Shown here one piece after another: positions 29,238 to 39,398 of a stretch of DNA of 64,000 nt (positions are counted from its first letter, which is position 1; every line of letters starts with the position of its first letter). The position numbers were made by a program, and so were the translations under genes. The DNA is from an uncultured Spirochaetota bacterium (GTDB lineage Bacteria > Spirochaetota > Brevinematia > Brevinematales > JAOACQ01), in assembly GCA_963783575.1 (NCBI GenBank), contig CAWAOD010000005.1:256001-320000 (forward strand), in the 5' to 3' direction. The notes under the pieces are model-generated. The model was given only the letters and a program-made list of their open reading frames with translations. It searched no databases and was not told the origin of the DNA.

Positions 29238-30206
29238 TTAAATCTTATTCTCGGTAATAAACAATGAACTTACCGATAAATTAAGATGTATTCTTTCTAT
29301 TGCCTGACCGAATAATTCATAAACGGTCAAAATGCTCATTTTTTCACCTAATATTCTTATCTTTTCCTCGCCAATTGGAACCGTATCCGTCACAAACAAA
29401 TGATCAATGTCCGAATTCCTGATTCTTTCAGGGGCATCGCTTGATAAAACCGCGTGAGTTGAATAAACATTTACCGATTTTGCTCCATTTTTCTTTAATA
29501 TGGTTGAAGCCTGAACGATTGTGCCGCCGGTATCAATCATATCGTCGATCATTATAACGTTTTTATCTTCAACATTTCCAATAAGATGTAAAACTTCCGC
29601 TTCATTCTTTTTTTCTCTTCTTTTATCCAGTATTGCAATACTTACACCAATTTGTTTTGCAAAAAACCTTGATCTTTCTACACCTCCGGCATCCGGTGAA
29701 ACAACTATATAATCCGAAGTATTGGCAACATCTTTAACTGTATTCAGAAAAACAGGAGTCGCATAAAGATGATCAACCGGAATATCGAAAAATCCCTGAA
29801 TTTGAGCAGCATGAAGGTCCATTGCAAGAACTCTGTCTACACCGGCAACAGTTAACAGATTCGCTACTAGTTTTGCCGTTATAGGAACTCGCGGCTCTGC
29901 TTTTCTGTCTTGCCTCGCATAACCAAAATAGGGCATTACTGCTGTAATCCTCTCCGCAGAGGCTCTTCTGAGTGCGTCAACTATTATCAGCAATTCAACC
30001 AGATTCTTATAACCTGGATTTGAGGTGGGTTGTACTACAAAAACATCTTTTCCCCTGATATCTTCATTAATCTTTACAAAAATCTCACTATCTGCGAATT
30101 CAGTTATCAGCACATCTACAAGCGCAACTCCGATGTAGGAGGCTATCTTATTTGCCAATTCAGGATTAGCCCTACCAGAAATAAGTTTAATATTTGAAGA
30201 TGCCAC
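29238..30206 (-). CDS. prs: Ribose-phosphate pyrophosphokinase
   Basis: FADSEI, PYFGYARQDRK, DLHAAQIQGFF, VSPDAGG, DDMIDTGGT. Confidence 0.97.
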   Translation of the reverse strand: MASSNIKLISGRANPELANKIASYIGVALVDVLITEFADSEIFVKINEDIRGKDVFVVQPTSNPGYKNLVELLIIVDALRRASAERITAVMPYFGYARQDRKAEPRVPITAKLVANLLTVAGVDRVLAMDLHAAQIQGFFDIPVDHLYATPVFLNTVKDVANTSDYIVVSPDAGGVERSRFFAKQIGVSIAILDKRREKKNEAEVLHLIGNVEDKNVIMIDDMIDTGGTIVQASTILKKNGAKSVNVYSTHAVLSSDAPERIRNSDIDHLFVTDTVPIGEEKIRILGEKMSILTVYELFGQAIERIHLNLSVSSLFITENKI

Positions 30207-30333
30207 CTAAAGACTCCATTCATTTTATAATTAATTTATAAAGTAATTATAAAGATCATTTAAATTTTATAAATATATAATTGATTTTTAATTCCCATTA
30301 TAGAAACATTAGAAATTTATCATATTTATATTG

Positions 30334-30407
30334 CTGGGGCGGAAGGACTCGAACCCTCGAAATGGCGGGACCAAAACCCGCTGCCTTACCAACTTGGCTA
30401 CGCCCCA
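30334..30407 (-). tRNA. tRNA-Gln (anticodon UUG), CCA not encoded
   Basis: Reverse complement TGGGGCGTAGCCAAGTTGGTAAGGCAGCGGGTTTTGGTCCCGCCATTTCGAGGGTTCGAGTCCTTCCGCCCCAG: acceptor TGGGGCG/CGCCCCA, anticodon stem GCGGG/CCCGC around TTTTGGT, GGTTCGAGT T-loop. Confidence 0.97.
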
Positions 30408-30414
30408 ATAATTA

Positions 30415-30666
30415 TTATTCGGCTTGATAAGCTTCTAAGATTGCATTCTGGACCTTTTCCCTGAATTGAGAATTAATTGGATGAGCGACATCCTTCATTT
30501 CACCGCTTCTTGTCCTTCTGGACGGCATAGCAATAAAAAGACCATTATTACCCTGAATAACTTTAATGTTGTGAATAACGAAGCTGTCATCGAAAGTTAT
30601 TGAGGCATAAGCTTTGAGTTTGTTTTCACCCTCGACTTTCTTAATTCTGATGTCAGTAATTTCCAT
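30415..30666 (-). CDS. spoVG: SpoVG family nucleic-acid-binding regulator
   Basis: MEITDIRI...[28 protein letters not shown]...DVAHPI. Confidence 0.95.
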   Translation of the reverse strand: MEITDIRIKKVEGENKLKAYASITFDDSFVIHNIKVIQGNNGLFIAMPSRRTRSGEMKDVAHPINSQFREKVQNAILEAYQAE

Positions 30667-30780
30667 AAAGTTTTATCCTCCTGATGAAATTTGAAACACT
30701 CACTTATTACTGACATATTAAACAATATTTAATTTTGCGATAATAAATGCAATATTAAACCTTCAAACTGATGTCAGTAA
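30647..30780 (-). promoter_or_regulatory. Three copies of an ATGTCAGTAA motif around the spoVG start (two direct, one inverted)
   Basis: CTGATGTCAGTAA at 30647-30659 and 30768-30780; inverted ATTACTGACAT at 30706-30716. Confidence 0.5.
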
Positions 30781-30798
30781 GCCCACTTTTATCAGGAA

Positions 30799-31645
30799 TT
30801 ACCTGTAAAGAGGGTCGCACAAAAATGCCTTATAGCCATTATACTGAATATTCAAAAGCTCTAAATCCTTTTCAGCTTTATACCTGTCATCATAGACAAA
30901 AACAAACGATGAGCCGCTTCCGCTCATAAAATAAAACCGGGAATCAAGATTCTTTTCCAGATACAGTTATAAATCTCGAAAGATCACTATTATATTTTAA
31001 AACAAAATAATAGAATTTATTATAAACTATTTTCTCAAAAAAATCAATATTGATCACTGAAAACTTTGAAAATTCTTCAATGTACTCCCGTTTATTATAA
31101 TTATCAATTAAAGAATAAGCCCATTTTGTCGATACGGAAATACCCGGATAGACAATTATAAAACATATTCCTTCCAGCTTTTGACTTAAAGGAGTGACTA
31201 TTTCACCTTTTCCTTGAACCCTGCATAAACCTCCATAAAAGAAAAATGGCACATCACTACCAACCATTGATCCGATATCTAAAATCTGACTTATTCCGAT
31301 GCCGTATTTTTCCGCAAGAGTCATTAACAGGTAAGCTGCATTTGAACTTCCGCCGCCAAGACCGGACCCGGCCGGTATATCTTTTTTAATATGTACTTTG
31401 AAATTATCATTAATACCGAACTTATTTTTAAAAAGGTTTAATGCCTTATCAACGGTTGAATTCCCGGGAGTTTCCATGTTTTCAAAAATTATCTTATCAA
31501 AGCCTGTTTCATTTTTTTCAATCTCAATATTATCATAAAGAGTTATTTCCTGGAAAAGGCTGTCAATATAGTGATATCCTGTATCCGGATCAATTCCTGT
31601 TACATCAAGGAATAAGTTAATTTTAGCATACGATTTAATGAACAT
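30799..31645 (-). CDS. ispE: 4-diphosphocytidyl-2-C-methyl-D-erythritol kinase, apparent 1-bp frameshift near 30970
   Basis: AKINLFL, KDIPAGSGLGGGSSNAA, GSDVPFF, G.GE. The conserved MSGSGSS tail lies in another frame, ending at 30799. Confidence 0.92.
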
Positions 31646-31647
31646 GT

Positions 31648-32523
31648 TTATTCTATCGGGGTACCATGAGAATTAACATATTCTTTAAATTTTTTGCTTA
31701 GTTCAATGGTAATTTTCCCGGGTTTACCGTCACCGATTAATCTTCCGTCAATTTTTGTTACAGGTACTATTTCAGCCGCCGTTCCTGTAAGAAAAACCTC
31801 ATCGGCAATATACATCTCTGCTCTTGAAAAGAATTTTTCTATCAGTGGAAAATTAAATTTTTCAGCAATTTCCATGACTGTAAACATCGTAATTCCCGGT
31901 AAAGCGCCGGCTACTATCGGTGGAGTATAAATCTTGTTGTTTTTTATCATGAAAATATTATCGCCCGAACATTCGGCGACATAACCTTCATTATTTAGCA
32001 TTATAACCTCATCAACACCGGCGTTCTTGCCTTCTATTTTAGCCATGATATTATTCAGATAATTAAGCGATTTGACGATAGGGCTGATTGATTCATTCAA
32101 ATTCCTTCTTGTGGGAACAGTTACTACTGACATTCCTTTTTCATATACTTCAGGAGAATAAAGCTGAATAGAATCCGCTATAATAAAAATCATCGGGTTG
32201 CTGCAGATCCATGGAGCAAGACCGAGATTCCCAATCCCTCTTGTGACAACAGGTCTGATATAACCGTCTATAATCCCATTTGCTTTGCAAACTTTGAGTA
32301 ACCCTTTTTTAAATTCATCTTTTGAGGCAGGAATTTCCAGCATTATTATCTTTGCCGAATTATAAAGCCTGTCAATATGTTCATCAAGTTTGAAAACCCT
32401 TTTATTATAAGCCCTGATACCTTCAAATACGCCGTCGCCGTATAATACTCCATGATCAAATACGGATATTTTGGCGTTTTCTTGATCCACAAGTTCCCCA
32501 TTAATATAAACCTTTTTGCCCAT
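31648..32523 (-). CDS. ilvE: Branched-chain amino acid aminotransferase
   Basis: ISVFDHGVLYGDGVFEGIR, KSLNYLNN, AECSGDNIF, GIT, DEVFLTGTAAE. Start placed at ATG 32523. Confidence 0.95.
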   Translation of the reverse strand: MGKKVYINGELVDQENAKISVFDHGVLYGDGVFEGIRAYNKRVFKLDEHIDRLYNSAKIIMLEIPASKDEFKKGLLKVCKANGIIDGYIRPVVTRGIGNLGLAPWICSNPMIFIIADSIQLYSPEVYEKGMSVVTVPTRRNLNESISPIVKSLNYLNNIMAKIEGKNAGVDEVIMLNNEGYVAECSGDNIFMIKNNKIYTPPIVAGALPGITMFTVMEIAEKFNFPLIEKFFSRAEMYIADEVFLTGTAAEIVPVTKIDGRLIGDGKPGKITIELSKKFKEYVNSHGTPIE

Positions 32524-32551
32524 AATTTTATGCCTCTCAATATAAAATAAA

Positions 32552-33214
32552 TTAACCCAGATCGATAATTTTATCACATTTTTTTGCAATTTCCAAATTA
32601 TGAGTGGCAATTATGAATGTTTTCTGCAGTTTCAGCTTTAAATTCCATATGATTTCTTCAACCTTTGCAGAATTTGACCTGTCGAGACTGCCGGTCGGTT
32701 CATCCGCAAAAATCGCAAAAGGTTTCCCGATTAAAGCCCTGGCAATTGCAACCCTCTGTCTCTCTCCTCCCGACAGCTGATCCGGATAATGATTGCTTCT
32801 ATCCATCAAATTCATTCTATCAAGTAATTCAATAGCCCTTTCATTTTGAGACTTTCCAATTTTCTCTCCTGCAATCCTGAGGGGGAGCAGAATATTATCA
32901 ATAGCAGTAAAATCTTCCAAAAGATAATGATGCTGAAAAATAAAACCGACATTCCTGTTACGGAAAGAAGAGAGATTTTCCTCATTAAGATTGTCTATAC
33001 GGTGATCGTTAAAATAAACTTCTCCGCTTGAAGGCCTGTCAAGCCCGCTTAAGATATTTAACAGTGTGGTTTTTCCCCGGCCGCTTTGTCCGATTATCGC
33101 CGTAGCTGAGCCTTCTTCTATTTCAATATTCAATCCTTCGAAAACCACTACCTCATCTACTGCGGTTTTATAAGTTTTAAATAAATTTTTTCCGGTAATA
33201 AAATAATCAGTCAT
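32552..33214 (-). CDS. lolD: Lipoprotein-releasing ABC transporter ATPase
   Basis: GQSGRGKTT, GFIFQHHYLL, LSGGERQRVAIARAL, ADEPTGSLD; adjacent to a lolC/E-type permease. Confidence 0.85.
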   Translation of the reverse strand: MTDYFITGKNLFKTYKTAVDEVVVFEGLNIEIEEGSATAIIGQSGRGKTTLLNILSGLDRPSSGEVYFNDHRIDNLNEENLSSFRNRNVGFIFQHHYLLEDFTAIDNILLPLRIAGEKIGKSQNERAIELLDRMNLMDRSNHYPDQLSGGERQRVAIARALIGKPFAIFADEPTGSLDRSNSAKVEEIIWNLKLKLQKTFIIATHNLEIAKKCDKIIDLG

Positions 33215-34496
33215 TTCTCAATACCTCAATGGGCCTCATTTTAGATGCTTTAAATGAAGGCACTATAACGGCCAATGTGCTTAAAGAAATCGACAGTATT
33301 GTAACAAAAAGGATATCACCGTATTGTATCTGGATCGGAAACTTATCGATATAATATACGCTGCTGTTGAAAAAGTGAAAATTTTCAGGCACAGGCAAGC
33401 GTTTTATAAAATGAGCCAAATAATAAGCTGAAAAATTAACAAAATCAGTCAAAATTTCTATCAACCTAAGAATATCATTCAATGTAACTGTAATCAATAG
33501 TCCGGATAAAACTCCGATAATACTTCCGAATACGCCTAGAAAAAAACCGTCATAAAGAAAAACCTTTAGTGTATTGCTGGGTTTTAAACCCATGGCTTTA
33601 AGTATGCCTATTTCTTCCTTTTTATCAAGAACCATAGCGATCATAGTGCTCAAAATATTGAAAGCTACAACAATAAAGAAAAAGCTTAAAATGATCATAA
33701 TCAGCATCTTTTCATCCTGCAGCGCAGCCAGATCGTTTCTGTGAAGCGCTTTCCAGGTAAATATATTTTGCCGGTGCGGATAGACTGTTTCAATATCTTT
33801 AAGATATTTTTCGACCTCAAAAGGTTTATCAACCATTATTCTGAGGCCATATGCATATCCCTGTGAATCAAAAACCATCTGTGCGTCATTGAATGATATA
33901 AAAGCGAGATTGGAATCGTAATCCTTTTGACCTGCTGAAAAGATCCCTTTTACTTTGAATTTATATTGTACACTTAACAATTCCTCATTATAGACCGTAA
34001 CATAAACAAAATCCCCTACATAAACCCCAAGATTAAGCGCCAGATTATATCCCATAACAATCGACATCGGGTCCTGCAGATTGAAAAACCCATCCTGCAT
34101 AGCATACTGGCTTTTAAAGTCATTGTCTTTCTTATATAAATCTTCAGTAACACCCATTATTACAGAACCCCAGACATTCAGGTTGCCTTTTAATAAACCC
34201 TGTTTTTCAAAATAAGGAGTGACGCTTTTAACACCCTTTATACTGGAAATTTCACGCAGATAATTATCATAGTTTTGAATACCCTTACCGGGGCCCAATA
34301 TTAATATATGTGCATCACGGGTCAGAAACTTCTGTACAAAATTATAATGTATTCCGTTTGATGCTGATAGAATTACAACGGCAGACGCGCAGCTAATTAC
34401 TATGGTAAGCAGAGCTATAAACGCAACGGCGGATAGACCCCTGTCACTGGCTTTGAATTTTAAGTATTTTGATGAAAGATATAAAATGATATTCAT
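33207..34496 (-). CDS. lolE: Lipoprotein-releasing ABC transporter permease (LolC/E family)
   Basis: 4-TM FtsX-type topology, VAFNILSTMIAMVLDKKEEIGILKAMG, YYIDKFP, P..KASKM.P.EVLR. Confidence 0.85.
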   Translation of the reverse strand: MNIILYLSSKYLKFKASDRGLSAVAFIALLTIVISCASAVVILSASNGIHYNFVQKFLTRDAHILILGPGKGIQNYDNYLREISSIKGVKSVTPYFEKQGLLKGNLNVWGSVIMGVTEDLYKKDNDFKSQYAMQDGFFNLQDPMSIVMGYNLALNLGVYVGDFVYVTVYNEELLSVQYKFKVKGIFSAGQKDYDSNLAFISFNDAQMVFDSQGYAYGLRIMVDKPFEVEKYLKDIETVYPHRQNIFTWKALHRNDLAALQDEKMLIMIILSFFFIVVAFNILSTMIAMVLDKKEEIGILKAMGLKPSNTLKVFLYDGFFLGVFGSIIGVLSGLLITVTLNDILRLIEILTDFVNFSAYYLAHFIKRLPVPENFHFFNSSVYYIDKFPIQIQYGDILFVTILSISLSTLAVIVPSFKASKMRPIEVLRND

Positions 34497-34793
34497 TTAA
34501 GAATTCCCGGCCCTTTTCCGATATTTTTTAATAATAAATTGAATTAATCCAAAATTTTTAGGATTGTTCCGCTATTGAAACTATGCTTTTATAAATATAT
34601 TGGGTCAATTAACAAATTCGTTGAAATTAATAAAATTGTATCTTATAAATGAATGATTATATTTATAATTAAAAAATTATAAATTATAATTTTATTTTAG
34701 TAAATAAAAGAAATACAAAAGAAATACTAAATACTTGACAATTTATATTTTTATAATTTAACTAATGGGATAAAAAATCTCTTTGAGGATTTT

Positions 34794-35837
34794 ATGAGTG
34801 CAGAAATAAAAATGGACTCAAGTTATATCGTAATAAAAGGCCGTTTTAAAGCTATGGCTACGAGTTCATACGGTCTTTTTATCGTTTTTCTTGATAATGT
34901 TTCTAAAACTGTTGAGAAGTTTGATATTGTATCTTCACATTTTAGTACCCTTTTTGAAAATAATATTGGAATGCCCTGGAACGAACTGGAAGATATTATT
35001 ATTAAATTGAAATGGAAAGGCGAATACGCAACAAGTCTAACCCATGATATCCAGGCAGGTATTGAAGATCTATTTCAACCAGGAACCGGAAGAACTCAGG
35101 ATATATGGTCTAACATAAAAAAAGCTCAGATCAATAAAGCCGTCACCATTTTTGAAGAAATCTTAAGCCGCCCGGCAGGTGATAAAAATATAAAATGCGA
35201 AATAGCGATTGAAACAGTCATGAAAAATGAAATTGAGGATGTTAAAAGAGCCCGGAGAGAAAGAGAAGGTAAAGATATGCTGAATCCGGCTTCTGATGAA
35301 CAGGTGGAAGCGCCTTCAGATAAAAAAACAGATGTTCAGCTAGAAGAATCTGCCGTAGTATTGGAAGTGTCACTTGCATTATCGCCGATATCCGGTATAC
35401 CAATATATGAGCTTAAAGAAGGCGATAAAATAATGGTTAAAATAACAGAGCAGACAAACCGGGGACAATATTTTATCGATTTGTTAAACGCTACTGTTGA
35501 CAATGAGATAGTACCTATACAGGCAACTGTTGTTAAAGTATCAAAAGAAGGTAAAATTTTTACCGTTCTTGTCAATATTGGTCCTGGAATTTATGGAAAA
35601 TCAATTGACGAAGATACGGTTAAAGTTAAGAAATATGATCCGGCCCAGGATAAAAGAAAAAAAGCCGATACAGCTCAAGTTGCACATGAACCGGCAGCCA
35701 TTTCAAAAACAGCCGCATCAATTAACATAAATTCGAAAAAGGCAAAGAGCGGAACTTTCAGCCTAGTCTTTATTTTTATCGGAGCGGCCGCTATTTTAAT
35801 GCTTGCTATTATAGTTTTCCTTTTCATAAACCCTTAA
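34794..35837 (+). CDS. Hypothetical protein with C-terminal membrane anchor
   Basis: 347-aa ORF, GAGG RBS, hydrophobic C-terminal helix. Confidence 0.75.
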   Translation: MSAEIKMDSSYIVIKGRFKAMATSSYGLFIVFLDNVSKTVEKFDIVSSHFSTLFENNIGMPWNELEDIIIKLKWKGEYATSLTHDIQAGIEDLFQPGTGRTQDIWSNIKKAQINKAVTIFEEILSRPAGDKNIKCEIAIETVMKNEIEDVKRARREREGKDMLNPASDEQVEAPSDKKTDVQLEESAVVLEVSLALSPISGIPIYELKEGDKIMVKITEQTNRGQYFIDLLNATVDNEIVPIQATVVKVSKEGKIFTVLVNIGPGIYGKSIDEDTVKVKKYDPAQDKRKKADTAQVAHEPAAISKTAASININSKKAKSGTFSLVFIFIGAAAILMLAIIVFLFINP

Positions 35838-35898
35838 ACAGGTAAAATGAAATTAAAATTATTGGTCTTATAATAAGACAGGTTTATAATATTGAAAA

Positions 35899-37095
35899 TT
35901 ATTCATCTGTTAATAATTTAATCTCAACCCTTCTGTTTTTCATTCTGCCTTCATCAGTCGAATTTTCGGCAACCGGATCGGAACTGCCGTTCCCGATATA
36001 CGAAATTCTTGAAGGATCGATTCCTTTTTTTAATAGATAGTCAGAAACTGATTTTGCGCGATTTTCTGATAATAACTGATTGTATGATTCTGTTCCGGTC
36101 GAATCGGTATAACCAGAAACCAGGATATCCATCTGAGGATATTTCCTCATAACTTCAGCAAGATTATCGAGCTTCTTTTCAAATTCTTTTTTTATCGCAT
36201 CATCGTTAACATCGAATAATATATTTCCAAGACTGACAATAATGCCGTCAACAGTTTCTTTTATACTTATGCCCGGATTCTTTGAAGAAAAAGGATGAAT
36301 CACTTTATTGCTGATTTCATCAATAATCGCCGCTTTCTGGGGATCAGGGATATTACTTACTGAATCCGCTTTGCCTTCAGATGTCCCTGTATAAAATACC
36401 GTTTCACCGTTATGAAGAGTAATCATAAAAGCATAATTTTCATTATAGAAAAGAGGAAAATTATTAGTTATATCCCAATAATAAATAGAATGCGAATAAC
36501 CGGTAAAGCTGAATATATCCGGATCTTTTTTAGGGTAATGGAAAACATGATAATCAATTGATATTTTCGAGCAAATTCTATTATCAATGTTTTCATCACC
36601 AAGATATATGTAATTTACGTTGATATTAAAAAGCAAAATATTTTCTTTTACAAAAATCCCTTCGTGAATTTCCTCACCGGAAGCTTTCCAGGAATCGCCC
36701 GGTTTCAAATCGTTTGTAGGAAATGTTGGAATACTTCGAAGAGACGGCATAATAAATTCGGGAGAAATCTGCATAACTCCCTGTTCATCCTGGTAAAAAC
36801 GGCTCTCATAAACATCTTTCAATTGATATGATTCATTCAAATCTTCATTTTTTTCATAATAATAATACTTTCCATTATACAATCCGAGATTGTTAGACAC
36901 ACTTGTAACTTCAAGCAATGCCTTATACATGGAATTTATATTTTTATAAAAAATCCCATTCCTGTATATGTCCTGCTGAATTAAATTCTTGATCCTTATT
37001 TTCCTGCCTGTCTCATTAATGAATTTGAAAGTAACCGGGTAGCATTCTGAGATAAAAAAAACGAAAATAATAACGGTAATTATTTTTCTTATCAT
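35899..37095 (-). CDS. OmpA-family peptidoglycan-binding protein
   Basis: Signal peptide; C-terminal ILFD, GYTDSTG..YNQ.LSENRA..V, NRRVEI. Confidence 0.9.
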   Translation of the reverse strand: MIRKIITVIIFVFFISECYPVTFKFINETGRKIRIKNLIQQDIYRNGIFYKNINSMYKALLEVTSVSNNLGLYNGKYYYYEKNEDLNESYQLKDVYESRFYQDEQGVMQISPEFIMPSLRSIPTFPTNDLKPGDSWKASGEEIHEGIFVKENILLFNINVNYIYLGDENIDNRICSKISIDYHVFHYPKKDPDIFSFTGYSHSIYYWDITNNFPLFYNENYAFMITLHNGETVFYTGTSEGKADSVSNIPDPQKAAIIDEISNKVIHPFSSKNPGISIKETVDGIIVSLGNILFDVNDDAIKKEFEKKLDNLAEVMRKYPQMDILVSGYTDSTGTESYNQLLSENRAKSVSDYLLKKGIDPSRISYIGNGSSDPVAENSTDEGRMKNRRVEIKLLTDE

Positions 37096-37119
37096 TTTTT
37101 ATTAAGCCCCCTGCGGCAT

Positions 37120-37146
37120 AAAAAAAACGGGGAACAAGTCCCCGTT
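37120..37146 (-). terminator. Intrinsic terminator after acpP
   Basis: AACGGGGA/TCCCCGTT stem (37126-37133 and 37139-37146), followed on the minus strand by a U-tract. Confidence 0.8.
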
Positions 37147-37148
37147 GT

Positions 37149-37382
37149 TTACTGATGATTTTTAATATAATTTACAGCATCACCAACTGATTTGATGTTC
37201 TGAGCTTCCTCATCGGGAATATCAATTCCAAACTCCTCTTCCAAAGCCATAACAAGGTCAACAATATCAAGCGAATCCGCGCCAAGATCTTCAATAAACG
37301 AAGCTTCTAATTTAACCGCGCTTTCATCTACACCAAGTTTGTCAACAATAATTTCCTTTACCTTGTCAAAAATGTCAGCCAT
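37149..37382 (-). CDS. acpP: Acyl carrier protein
   Basis: [10 protein letters not shown] phosphopantetheine motif; ATG 37382 after GAGGAGG. Confidence 0.97.
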   Translation of the reverse strand: MADIFDKVKEIIVDKLGVDESAVKLEASFIEDLGADSLDIVDLVMALEEEFGIDIPDEEAQNIKSVGDAVNYIKNHQ

Positions 37383-37836
37383 AATAACCTCCTCTATAAA
37401 ATCACCAAAAAAAGATGTCTTATCGCCTCTATTCGACAAAACATCCTTTATCATTTTATTTTCACAGTCTAATTCTGTCAAGAAAACATATCAAAATTAC
37501 AAGAAAGTTTATTATATTTTCAATAACTCATTATCAGTTCATCACTTATAATTATTATATTTTAATTTATGAAATTATTTTATGAATCTGACTTATAAAA
37601 TAAACAGCATTCAGTATCAAACCTACTGTTTTTTATTTTATAAGATGTTTTAGAAAAAGTCAATCAAACAAAAATCAATAGATTTGATAAAAAAATATAA
37701 AATGTGATCTTAATTCTTAACAATCAATGCCATTAATCATTTTTCTTTCAAAATTATTAACTTTTTGTTATAATATCAAACTGGTTTATTTACGGAATAA
37801 CTTTCGTTTTTTTAATTATATGTGGAGGTTTAAGCT

Positions 37837-38370
37837 ATGGCGAAAAATAAAAAAGAAATGGAAACCGGTAAAATTGAGTTTTATCCTAAAATTAAAAGGG
37901 CTGTTTATCCCGGAACATTTGATCCTCCTACCAATGGTCATATTGATGTTGCGAAAAGGGCTGCCGCGATATTTGATGAAGTTATAATTGCGGTATCGGA
38001 CAATCCTTCTAAAGCTCCGATGTTTACAATTGAAGAAAGGAAGGAAATGCTAAAGGAGCTGGTTGTTGAAATAAAAAATATAAAAATAAAAAGTTTTTCC
38101 GGTTTATCGGTTAATTATATTGTTCAGGAAAATGCAATCGCAATTGTAAGAGGGTTAAGAGCTGTATCAGATTTCGAATATGAGCTTCAAATGGCATCTA
38201 TGAACTCTCTTCTTAATAAATCAATAGAAACAGTTTTCTTTATGTCAAGCGATGAAAACCTATTTGTAAGTTCATCTGTGATAAAAGAAATCGTAATGCT
38301 TGGCGGGGATATTTCTCAAAAAGTATCCCCTATTGTAATGAAAAGATTAAAAGCAAAATTTATAAAATGA
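37837..38370 (+). CDS. coaD: Pantetheine-phosphate adenylyltransferase
   Basis: YPGTFDPPTNGH, RGLRAVSDFEYELQMA, VSSS. Confidence 0.97.
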   Translation: MAKNKKEMETGKIEFYPKIKRAVYPGTFDPPTNGHIDVAKRAAAIFDEVIIAVSDNPSKAPMFTIEERKEMLKELVVEIKNIKIKSFSGLSVNYIVQENAIAIVRGLRAVSDFEYELQMASMNSLLNKSIETVFFMSSDENLFVSSSVIKEIVMLGGDISQKVSPIVMKRLKAKFIK

Positions 38371-38389
38371 AATAAGGGGGAAAATAAAA

Positions 38390-39388
38390 ATGTATCAATT
38401 CAGAAAAAAAATATTAGACCTGGTAAAAAGTTCTCCAAGGAGGCTTGTATTGCCTGAAGGATCAGATATTCGCGTTTTGAAAGCGGCTGAAATGATAATA
38501 AAAGAAAAATTTACATCCGAACTCACAGTTTTGGGCAATGTCGATAAAATGAAAAATATGGCAAAATCTGAAAATATTTCACTTTCCGGTGTAACACTTC
38601 TTGATCCGTTATCATCACCTAAACTTAAGGATTACTCACACAATCTATATGAATCAAGAAAATCAAAAGGAATGACTGAAAAAGATGCAATGGATATGAT
38701 GAAGGACGATGTTTTTCATGGCGCAATGCTGCTTGCTGCCGGAGAAGTTGATGCGATGGTATCAGGCAGTTTGACACCTACGGCAAAAACCGTAAGGGCA
38801 TCACTTATCATTGTACGCCCTAAAGAAGGTATCAAAACGGTATCCGGAAGCTTTGTTATGGTTGTTCCTGAATGTACTTTCGGAAATGATGGTGCATTTA
38901 TTTATGCAGATTGCGGGGTAGTACCGGAACCGACAAGTGAGCAGCTTGCGGATATTGCGATATCTTCGGCGGATTCCGCAAGAAAGCTTTTAAATATGGA
39001 GCCTAAAGTAGCATTTCTTTCTTTCTCAACACATGGAAGCGCTGATTGCCCATCTGTAGAAAAAGTTAAGGAAGGTATCAGAATCCTAAAAAGCCGTAAT
39101 CCTGATTTCGCTTTTGACGGTGAAATGCAGTTTGATGCTGCTGTTGAGCCCGCGGTTGCAAAATCAAAATTCCCGGAATCTTTGGTCGCAGGAAAAGCGA
39201 ATGTAATGATATTCCCCGATTTGAATGCTGGAAATATAGCATATAAAATCACGCAAAGACTTGCAAAAGCTGAAGCTTACGGTCCTCTGTTACAGGGTGT
39301 TTCAAAGCCGGTAAATGACCTCTCAAGAGGTGCTACTCCGGATGATATTCTTGTAGTTTCTGCCATAACTATTGCGCAGTCTTATTGA
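38390..39388 (+). CDS. pta: Phosphate acetyltransferase
   Basis: LPEG, ADCGV, LSFSTHGSA, DGEMQFDAA, FPDLNAGNIAYK, PVNDLSRG. Confidence 0.95.
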   Translation: MYQFRKKILDLVKSSPRRLVLPEGSDIRVLKAAEMIIKEKFTSELTVLGNVDKMKNMAKSENISLSGVTLLDPLSSPKLKDYSHNLYESRKSKGMTEKDAMDMMKDDVFHGAMLLAAGEVDAMVSGSLTPTAKTVRASLIIVRPKEGIKTVSGSFVMVVPECTFGNDGAFIYADCGVVPEPTSEQLADIAISSADSARKLLNMEPKVAFLSFSTHGSADCPSVEKVKEGIRILKSRNPDFAFDGEMQFDAAVEPAVAKSKFPESLVAGKANVMIFPDLNAGNIAYKITQRLAKAEAYGPLLQGVSKPVNDLSRGATPDDILVVSAITIAQSY

Positions 39389-39398
39389 TTATGGAAAT

